Assembly (NCBI GenBank): GCA_043767805.1
Contig: JAYUGC010000129.1
Location: 1-11,033, forward strand
Reading direction: 5' to 3'
DNA: 11,033 nt
Source of the DNA: Pseudomonadota bacterium
GTDB taxonomy: Bacteria > Bdellovibrionota > FAC87 > UBA2466
The notes under the pieces are model-generated. The model was given only the letters and a program-made list of their open reading frames with translations, was not told the origin of the DNA and ran no database searches. The position numbers were made by a program, and so were the translations under genes. This document shows, one piece after another, positions 1 to 6,342 of this stretch (position 1 is its first letter; each line of letters begins with the position of its first letter).

Positions 1-150
1 GCGCTTCCTGTTCGTCGAGCCAGCCCTTTGCCTGCGGCTTCCTTCAGATTCCACCTCGCGGTGGACACCCTTGCCGTCCAGCTAACGGTTCCCCTGACCG
101 GGTCCCTAAGAGACTTTCACTCTCAAGTGGCTGCGCCCTGCCGGGCGCAC
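1..150 (-). mobile_element. Group IIC intron, 5' end (domain I); continues beyond the left edge
   Basis: From 150 the minus strand reads GTGCGCCCGGCAGGGCGCAG...GTGAAAGTC...GTTAGC...GCAAGGGTGTCC...GGAATCTGAAGGAAGC...GGCAAA...GAACAGGAA. This is the GUGYG 5' splice consensus plus ordered domain I blocks like those of the Oceanobacillus iheyensis IIC intron. It starts immediately after an intrinsic terminator, the typical IIC target. The RT ORF and domains V/VI are not in the window. Confidence 0.93.
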
Positions 151-151
151 C

Positions 152-189
152 AAAAAAAAAAAGGCCGGTGCCCTTTCGAGCACCGGCCC
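152..189 (-). terminator. Rho-independent terminator of the 203-724 gene; target site of the intron
   Basis: Minus strand GGGCCGGTGCTC-GAAA-GGGCACCGGCC followed by 11 T, 13 nt after the TAA stop at 203-205. Confidence 0.92.
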
Positions 190-202
190 TTCGAACTAAC
201 TA

Positions 203-724
203 TTACTTACGGCAGCGAGACAGCTCGCGCGGGGTCGCGGGGCGCTCGAAATTGCCATTGCGGTAGTACGCGCACTTGCAGGTGTTCGTCAGAGCGAAAC
301 CCGTGAAGTTGTGCGCGGTGTGACCGCCACACTTGTTCGGCTTGTCGTGATCGGGCGTGCCCCACGGATTGACCCGGAGGTTCACGGAATCCTGCACAAA
401 CCAACCGCCACGGACCTTCAAGATGAGGTCTCCGCGGCCGAGATTACGCCACATTTCGTTGCTGAGCGTATAGCTCGGAGAGAAAGGAGCGCGCTGGCCG
501 CCCTTCTTGAACGAGTACGTCTCGAGGGTCTGACCGCGATCGGTCTGAACGATGAGGGTATCGCAATCGGTAACGTCTTCGAACTTGAGGTGCAGATTGT
601 CTTTCGACTCGCGCAACTCGACGCTGCCGCCACAGTCATAAAGACTGGCGCTATCGACGTAACGGCTTTCGGCAAAACCCTGCGTCGCCACCAACACGGA
701 CACCAGGAACAATAGTTTTCTCAT
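203..724 (-). CDS. Secreted hypothetical protein (173 aa) with a Cys-rich C-terminus
   Basis: ATG at 724 with GGAGG RBS (730-734) 5 nt upstream. Sec-type signal peptide [18 protein letters not shown]. Six Cys. Followed by its own terminator. No family recognised. Confidence 0.85.
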   Translation of the reverse strand: MRKLLFLVSVLVATQGFAESRYVDSASLYDCGGSVELRESKDNLHLKFEDVTDCDTLIVQTDRGQTLETYSFKKGGQRAPFSPSYTLSNEMWRNLGRGDLILKVRGGWFVQDSVNLRVNPWGTPDHDKPNKCGGHTAHNFTGFALTNTCKCAYYRNGNFERPATPRELSRCRK

Positions 725-889
725 GTAAACCTCCACAGGAATGAGACCACAATATGACGCATCTTATAACAAGCGGTTCTCCCTCTGGGAATCAAAAATT
801 CGCCTTTTTATCGTCGAGCCCGGAAGGAAATCCTAAACGCAGCGGGCCCAAGCGGTTGATTTGAGCCCGGCAAACGGATACGAGGAACC

Positions 890-1213
890 ATGCCCGAAAT
901 TGCATCGCTTTCCGTGGATGAGCTCAAAGCCAAAATGGACCGCAATGAGTCCTTCATCTTGCTGGACGTGAGGGAGCCGGAAGAGTTCGCTCTCGCCAAT
1001 CTTGGCGGCACCCTCATTGCGCTAAACGAGCTTCCCGGAAAATTAGCGCAGCTCGACCGCGAGAAGGAAATCGTCGTGCTTTGTCACCACGGCGTGCGCA
1101 GTCTGCATGCCGCTCATTTCCTTTTGGCGAACGGCTTCACCAAGCTCTCGAACGTTCGTGGCGGCATCGACCAGTGGTCGGTGCGAATCGATCCCGAGCT
1201 CCCGCGCTACTAA
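890..1213 (+). CDS. Single-domain rhodanese/sulfurtransferase
   Basis: LLDVREPEEF motif, active-site loop CHHGVRS and C-terminal GGIDQWS..IDPELPRY, resembling the MoeZ C-terminal rhodanese domain. GAGG RBS at 882-885. Confidence 0.93.
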   Translation: MPEIASLSVDELKAKMDRNESFILLDVREPEEFALANLGGTLIALNELPGKLAQLDREKEIVVLCHHGVRSLHAAHFLLANGFTKLSNVRGGIDQWSVRIDPELPRY

Positions 1214-1215
1214 TT

Positions 1216-1247
1216 AAAAAAGCGGAACTGACTCGTGTCAGCTCCGC
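1216..1247 (-). terminator. Rho-independent terminator, minus orientation
   Basis: Minus strand GCGGAGCTGAC-ACGA-GTCAGTTCCGC-TTTTTT: an 11-bp stem with one G-U pair. On the plus strand the same hairpin has an A-C mismatch and no U tract. Confidence 0.8.
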
Positions 1248-1262
1248 CCGGAGAGCAAGCGC

Positions 1263-1403
1263 TCAATTTTCCGCTCGGCCGGGAATCTGCTCTTCGGCCT
1301 GGGGCAAGAAAACGGTGAGCACGCCGTTTTCCAAAATGTTTACCCGCTGGGGGTTAGGGCGCCTCTCGTACGGGAAACCATCTTGGAAAATAGAAGAGGC
1401 CAT
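1263..1403 (-). pseudogene. 46-aa ORF, probable remnant of a small heat-shock protein (Hsp20) C-terminus
   Basis: Hand translation gives MASSIFQDGFPYERRPNPQRVNILENGVLTVFLPQAEEQIPGRAEN. LENGVLTVFLPQAEE matches the alpha-crystallin C-terminal motif (L.NGVL.(I/V).LPK). It ends 15 nt before the minus-strand terminator. An in-frame TGA 10 codons upstream rules out a full-length domain in this frame. Confidence 0.5.
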
Positions 1404-1542
1404 TTTCGCTTCCGCTCGTTTCGCCCTCCTTCATTCACTGCTACTCCCTTAAGAAAATGCAATCGCCGTTCCAGTTTTACCGAAGGTGGCGCGCCCAGCC
1501 GCGGCTTGCCACCGCTGCCAATTCACGGAACCCTTAAGCGTC

Positions 1543-2361
1543 GTGAATCCCTTCTTATCGAAGAGCTTTGCCGCCTCACTCGAAGCCGGACTACGCGGTG
1601 AGGCCAAGCGCCGGCCGCGCGGAGCCTTGAAACAATTGGCGGAAAAACTGCGCGTACATCCGAGCTTCGTTTCCCAGGTTCTGCTCGGTAAATCGCATTT
1701 GAACGTCGATCAAGCTCTGCTCGCCGCGGACTTCTTCGGACTGGGCGCGGAAGAGACGGAACACTTCCTCGATTTGCTCCATCGAGATCGGTCGGGCACG
1801 CCAAAAGCCCGCGCTTATTTCGAGCAACGCATTGAGAAGCGCAACACCGAGCGCCTCAATTTGAAGCGCCGGTTTCTAGAAAAGCGCTCGCTCTCCTGCG
1901 AACAGGAGAGCTTGTATTACGAAGATTGGGCGACTCAAGCGATCCATATGCTGTGTCAGCTACCCGGCAAGCATACGGTCGCGTCTCTCGCCCGTGCCTT
2001 GAAGCTCGACCCTTCGCGAGTCGAATCGAAAGCGCGCGCTCTGGAAGAGACCGGTTTTCTCGAACAAAAGGAAGGCGGGCTCAAAAGCCTTCTCGAGTCG
2101 TTTCACCTCGGTAAAGACTCCCGCCTGGTCTCGCGCCTCCACACCAACTGGCGGCTGAAAACTCTGCACGAGCTGGCGGGCGGGCTCGCCGAGGACGCCG
2201 TTCACTACACCTCCGTCATGACCATCTCCGAATCCGCCGCGAAAAATCTCCGGGAGATCGTCTTAAAGCACCTCGAACAGACCCGGCACGAGATTTCCGC
2301 CGCGGAATCCAAGGCGCTTTACTACTATGGTCTCGACTTCTTCCCTCTCGTTCGGGAGTAA
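1543..2361 (+). CDS. TIGR02147-family protein (N-terminal XRE-like HTH + DUF4423-like domain), putative regulator
   Basis: RGALKQLAEKLRVHPSFVSQVLLGKSHL HTH-like segment, YYEDW...IH, central winged-helix-like region, C-terminal LDFFPL. GTG at 1543 chosen by alignment with the paralog's N-terminus (the ORF track starts at 1486). Confidence 0.85.
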   Translation: MNPFLSKSFAASLEAGLRGEAKRRPRGALKQLAEKLRVHPSFVSQVLLGKSHLNVDQALLAADFFGLGAEETEHFLDLLHRDRSGTPKARAYFEQRIEKRNTERLNLKRRFLEKRSLSCEQESLYYEDWATQAIHMLCQLPGKHTVASLARALKLDPSRVESKARALEETGFLEQKEGGLKSLLESFHLGKDSRLVSRLHTNWRLKTLHELAGGLAEDAVHYTSVMTISESAAKNLREIVLKHLEQTRHEISAAESKALYYYGLDFFPLVRE

Positions 2362-2460
2362 AACTCTCGTAACTCTTCAAACCGAGAGAACATAACTATT
2401 GATGCTGCGATGCGTTTTGGCGATACCTGACTTGTTTTAGATAACTGCAGGAGAAGAACA

Positions 2461-3315
2461 GTGAAGCACCTACTAACTTTGATTTTCGGTCTTTGGGCGG
2501 CCGCGAGCCTCGGCTCGGAGGGCGGCAATAGCAGCGGCGGAGACGAACCGTTCGGCTCGGGGTCCATCCCATACGAATCCCGTCAGGCCGAGCTGGTCGG
2601 CGTCGTAGGCTCCGTCAGCGGCGTCGGTCCCTGGCATGTCAGCTTTCGAAAACTGTACTTAGGCGCGGCCCTCGACGTGGACATCGTCAAACGTGGGCGA
2701 TTTACTCCGACGACCGGTGATTTGCTTTTCGTCCGGCTCGACGGGAAGGAAAGATGGATTGGACGCTCGCTGACTCTCTCTGCCGATAGAGAACGGGCTC
2801 TTGCTTCCTACTTGGCCGATGCTTCGGCCGTGAGCCGCTTGGCTTGGGCTCGGGAGTATCTCAAGCACACTGACCCCGTTCTCAGCTGGTCGGCGGAGCT
2901 AGAGCTAGGCATTCAAGCGAAGGGGAGCGAGAGTGCGAAGGTTCTCGAGCTGCTCGTCCTCGAGCCGACGCTGCTTGCCTTACAAAAACGCGTGCCGCTG
3001 CTGGCACTCTTTCTACCCGCCCCCGAAGCCGAAACGATTCTCAAAGCCATCGTCATCGACGGTCAAGTCGGCAATGGGTTGCGAAGTAAAGTGGCGAGAG
3101 AGTTCTTCTTCCGCCCTCATTACAAAAGCCTGCTCGAAGCCTGGAAAGACGGCCGCGAAGGCGCGGATGCTTGGCTCAAAGCGGAAGCCGCGCGCGCCTG
3201 GAAGCAGCAGTATGGCGGTAAGCCCGTCCTAACCGAAATAGAAGCCACCGCGCTCGTCGCCGAACTTGCCACGGCTCGTCGACAAAAAGCGATCGGCCGT
3301 AGCGAGCGCAATTGA
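2461..3315 (+). CDS. Secreted hypothetical protein; N-terminal part of a probably frameshifted ~378-aa helical-repeat-like gene
   Basis: GTG start with AGGAG RBS (2448-2452). Signal peptide MKHLLTLIFGLWAAASLG followed by GGNSSGG. The second half is Ala/Leu-rich and helical-looking. Protein-like sequence continues in the +1 frame. Confidence 0.75.
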   Translation: MKHLLTLIFGLWAAASLGSEGGNSSGGDEPFGSGSIPYESRQAELVGVVGSVSGVGPWHVSFRKLYLGAALDVDIVKRGRFTPTTGDLLFVRLDGKERWIGRSLTLSADRERALASYLADASAVSRLAWAREYLKHTDPVLSWSAELELGIQAKGSESAKVLELLVLEPTLLALQKRVPLLALFLPAPEAETILKAIVIDGQVGNGLRSKVAREFFFRPHYKSLLEAWKDGREGADAWLKAEAARAWKQQYGGKPVLTEIEATALVAELATARRQKAIGRSERN

Positions 3316-3598
3316 GTCCGACGCTCGGGTGGTCGGCGCTCTCGTTGGGCTTGTGAAAGACAAGTCCGTCGCCTCACTCGATCAGAGCTTCGCTCTCGTG
3401 GCGCTGAAAGAAATGGGCGCGCTGGGCGAGCTCTCTCACCTTGCCCTCGATCCGACGCTACCGATTGCGGTGCGCTCGACCGCGATTGTCGAAATCGGCA
3501 TGTCGGGGAACCAAGCCGTCCTTCAGACTTTGGCGGAGCGCTTGGAAACCGAAGCGCTTCGGCAGCAAGCCGGCGCCTTTCTTCAGACGACGAAATAA
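3266..3598 (+). pseudogene. +1-frame continuation of the 2461 gene (HEAT/armadillo-like helical repeats)
   Basis: Overlaps the upstream ORF by 50 nt and has only a TTG start with no evident RBS. Segments such as LSHLALDPTLPIAVRSTAIVEIG look HEAT-like. It exactly fills the gap to the convergent gene. Confidence 0.6.
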
Positions 3599-4386
3599 TC
3601 CAAAGTAAACGCGACGAGCTCTTCTTCCGACGAAACCGCGACCCGGTCTCGGAAAGCCTGAAGAAACTCACTAATCAGGGCTCTCAAGTTGAGTACGTCC
3701 TGGCGCGAGATTGTGTGCACGCCAGTATAACGCAGAGTCGATTCCTTCGGTACGTGTACGCACCCCTTCATGCGCCAGAGGGATTGGTAATGATCGGCCA
3801 CGGCCGAGTGCGGGGAGAGATGAGATTGCCGGCGTTGCAGCTTCCACTTTCCGTGATCGCGCCGGATGAGCTCCATGCTCTCCAGCTGCTCCAACACCGC
3901 CCTAACCTCTTTTAACGGAATGCCTACTCGCTCCGCGATGGCCTCGGGGCTCTGAAATTTTGGAATGTCCAAAAGCAAATGGATCGCGGGGACGTACCAC
4001 TTTCCATAGTAGTAGGTGTCCTGTTCCTGAGTGGAGAGGCGCATTTCCCGAATGGGCTTTCCCCCGCTCGTTTTTTCATGTCCGGCCTTCAGGGCGACTT
4101 TCTTCGCCTCGGCGTACTTGCGTAATCGCTGGCTTCCGGCGCGGGCGTGGTCCACCAGCGCGACGAAATAGTCCGTCTCGGCCTGGCTCATCACGGCGTA
4201 CTCCGCGATGCCTAGCGCGTGCTCCTGGCTCAAATGAATCCGCCCGCCCAAGACCTGGGAAAGAAAGGTGGGGTGGCAGCCTGCCCGGGAGGAGAGCTGC
4301 TTTTGATATCCCCTTTGGGCCCTATTCTCGCTGATGAGTTTTTTCAGGAAACCGAGATAGGTATCGAACTCAAAAATAGAGGTCAT
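3583..4386 (-). CDS. TIGR02147-family protein (HTH + DUF4423-like), paralog of 1543-2361
   Basis: MTSIFEFDTYLGFL start, GCHPTFLSQVLGGRIHLSQEHA, YYGKWYVPAIH, YTGVHTIS and terminal LDYF, all collinear with the first copy. Confidence 0.88.
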   Translation of the reverse strand: MTSIFEFDTYLGFLKKLISENRAQRGYQKQLSSRAGCHPTFLSQVLGGRIHLSQEHALGIAEYAVMSQAETDYFVALVDHARAGSQRLRKYAEAKKVALKAGHEKTSGGKPIREMRLSTQEQDTYYYGKWYVPAIHLLLDIPKFQSPEAIAERVGIPLKEVRAVLEQLESMELIRRDHGKWKLQRRQSHLSPHSAVADHYQSLWRMKGCVHVPKESTLRYTGVHTISRQDVLNLRALISEFLQAFRDRVAVSSEEELVAFTLDYFVV

Positions 4387-4469
4387 CGTTTAAAATTATT
4401 AAACCAGTTCGTGGAATATTTATAAAGTATCAATTGCAACGGCGCCCCGAAAAAAGGCAAGGTGCGGCC

Positions 4470-4949
4470 ATGAAGTTACAAAGACATTTGGCTCTCGGTT
4501 TTCTCTTCCTCATCGGTTCGGCGTCGCTGACTCACGCCGCGGTACCCATCGCTACCGAGACCATGAAACAGGAACTGACTCGCGCCCTTTCGGTGGCGAT
4601 GGCGACGCCGGAACACGCGGTGGTTCAAAATCTCTACGTAGAACTGGAAAGCTCGCTCACGCGGCAAGGCTTCAAGAAGAACGGCACGGTGCCTTCCGTC
4701 GAATTGGAGGCTTTTCACGCCGACGCCTTTCGAGTCGACTACACGTTTCGTTCGGTGGTTCGTTTTCTGAGAGAATGCCCGCAAATTCCGCGCTGTTTCT
4801 CGGAAGAGGTCTCGCTGACCGTCGAGGGCGTTACCCTCTTCGCTCCCACTAGCGAGGTGCCGGGCTACGTCATCCCGAGCTGGGTCAATTCCCGCTTCTC
4901 CCGTTCCTTCCTCAAAGGCGGCGGAGCTTCGGTCGGCGGTCCTAGATAG
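4470..4949 (+). CDS. Secreted hypothetical protein (159 aa)
   Basis: ATG at 4470 gives the signal peptide MKLQRHLALGFLFLIGSASLTHA. Contains a CPQIPRC Cys pair and ends in GGGASVGGPR. Divergent from the TIGR02147-like gene. Confidence 0.78.
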   Translation: MKLQRHLALGFLFLIGSASLTHAAVPIATETMKQELTRALSVAMATPEHAVVQNLYVELESSLTRQGFKKNGTVPSVELEAFHADAFRVDYTFRSVVRFLRECPQIPRCFSEEVSLTVEGVTLFAPTSEVPGYVIPSWVNSRFSRSFLKGGGASVGGPR

Positions 4950-4986
4950 GCCTAGTTTATTGAGCCCGCCGCGCCGACGGATCGGC

Positions 4987-4995
4987 TGTTATAAT
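4987..4995 (+). promoter_or_regulatory. Extended -10 sigma-70-type promoter (TGnTATAAT) of the diguanylate cyclase gene
   Basis: Perfect TG-T-TATAAT in a GC-rich background, 8 nt before ATG 5004. No SD and no correctly spaced -35. Confidence 0.7.
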
Positions 4996-5003
4996 AATCC
5001 GTC

Positions 5004-6281
5004 ATGGCAAAGCGCTCCCTACAGCCTCTCCTCCTTACGCTGGCCTTTTGCGCAGTGCCCTGGATCGCGGTCTCTAGGCCCACCGGTTCGCTGGTCGCGA
5101 GCCAAGCCTTCGCGGGTTTCTTGCCGCCACTGCCTTATCTGCTGCTCGCCGCCCTCGCCTTCGTCGGCGTGAAGCTAAATCAAACGCGGCTCTTCTTCGT
5201 GAGTCTCTTTCTGACGGCGAGCTACGTTTTTCTTCAGGGCGATCTCGTCGCCTTCGCGAGTCCCTATCTGCGAACGCTCGCGGTAACCGCGGCGGCGCCG
5301 CTGACCCTCGGCCTCATCTTTCTTTGTCCCGAAGGACGGCTCTTCAACTGGCGCAGCTGGGTCGCGCTCTGCGTGACGCTTGCCCCGCTGGAATTACTCG
5401 CCTTTGGTTTTCGCGCGCGCTGGCCGGTTCTGGAAAGCCTCCTTCACTGGCAGTTCTTGGGACGGCAGGGCTTCTTTCACGTCCCCGACGCGATGACCCT
5501 CTTCGCGGCCGCTTTCGCGCTCTCCGCGTTTCTCCACGCCAATGCCGCGCGCCGGCTGCTCCACGTATTTCTCGCGGTCAGTCTCGTCCCGCTTTGGGCC
5601 GCGCTTCATTACCGCAGCGCTGGAGTTAACCTTCCGAACGTCAGCGTGGTCACCGCCTTGGCTTTCGCCTGTCAGGCCTTGCTGCTCGTTTACGGCGTCT
5701 TCCTGCTCTACTGGGAGCGCGTGTATCTCGACGAGCTCACGGGCATCGCGAACCGGCGAGCCTTGAACGAGCACCTCGCGCGCCTCGGAAAGAAATACGC
5801 CGTCGCCATGGTCGACATCGATCACTTCAAGCGCTTCAACGATAATTATGGCCACGAGGAAGGCGACAACGTCCTGAGATTCGTGGCGGGGCACCTCGAC
5901 CACACGACGAAGGGGCGCGCCTATCGGTACGGCGGCGAAGAGTTCACGGTGATATTCGAAGAGGCGACCGCCGAAGAAGCGGCGGTGACCATGGAGTACG
6001 CGCGGCGGACGTTAGCCGATCGGACGTTCACCATCCGGCCGCCCCGAGGCAAAAAGCCCAATCCGAAGGCCAAGAAAGCGCGGGGCAAGTCGGAAAAAAC
6101 CGGCTCGCAAGTCAGACTGACTTTCAGTGTAGGAATTGCCGCGAGTCCTGCTCATGGGGACGACCCGGAAAAAGTCCGTATTACGGCGGATGAAGGTCTA
6201 TACGGCGCTAAAGAATCCGGCCGGAACTGCGTCGCTATCGCGACGAGTTCAGGCGCGAAAAACTCTAAAAAAACCGGTTAA
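5004..6281 (+). CDS. Membrane-anchored GGDEF diguanylate cyclase
   Basis: About 7-8 hydrophobic segments in the N-terminal ~235 aa, then DELTGIANRR, DIDHFKRFNDNYGHEEGD, RYGGEEF and ADEGLYGAKESGRN. Catalytic motifs are intact. Confidence 0.95.
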   Translation: MAKRSLQPLLLTLAFCAVPWIAVSRPTGSLVASQAFAGFLPPLPYLLLAALAFVGVKLNQTRLFFVSLFLTASYVFLQGDLVAFASPYLRTLAVTAAAPLTLGLIFLCPEGRLFNWRSWVALCVTLAPLELLAFGFRARWPVLESLLHWQFLGRQGFFHVPDAMTLFAAAFALSAFLHANAARRLLHVFLAVSLVPLWAALHYRSAGVNLPNVSVVTALAFACQALLLVYGVFLLYWERVYLDELTGIANRRALNEHLARLGKKYAVAMVDIDHFKRFNDNYGHEEGDNVLRFVAGHLDHTTKGRAYRYGGEEFTVIFEEATAEEAAVTMEYARRTLADRTFTIRPPRGKKPNPKAKKARGKSEKTGSQVRLTFSVGIAASPAHGDDPEKVRITADEGLYGAKESGRNCVAIATSSGAKNSKKTG

Positions 6282-6310
6282 AGCGCTGTTTGCGAAACAC
6301 GCCGCGGTTA

Positions 6311-6342
6311 AAGCCAAAAAGTATCCACACACCTTTTGGCTT
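6311..6342 (-). terminator. Hairpin between convergent DGC and permease genes; possible terminator
   Basis: Minus strand AAGCCAAAAGGT-GTGTGGAT-ACTTTTTGGCTT directly after the permease stop. The stem is AU-rich and lacks a long U tract. Confidence 0.4.

Noticed and set aside
28..306. 92-aa plus-strand ORF
   Set aside because: It is antisense to the intron RNA, the terminator and the 3' end of a real gene. The KKK stretch comes from the poly-A tract.
861..879. TTGAGCCCG...ACGGAT upstream of the rhodanese, also seen upstream of the DGC (4960-4982)
   Set aside because: Internal spacing differs (4 vs 8 nt), distance to the start codon differs, and there are only two instances.
2364..2388. CTCTCG-N13-CGAGAG inverted repeat after the first regulator
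   Set aside because: Only 6 bp, no U tract, and no counterpart in the 4387-4469 spacer. Cannot be supported as a terminator or operator.
4423..4453. TAAAG...CCCGAAAA as a sigma-28 promoter for the 4470 gene
   Set aside because: The 19-nt spacer is too long and the -10 is degenerate.
6275..6314. 10-bp direct repeat CGGTTAAAGC at 6275 and 6305
   Set aside because: Only two copies 30 nt apart, enclosing no recognisable element. Not a CRISPR array or a supportable target-site duplication.
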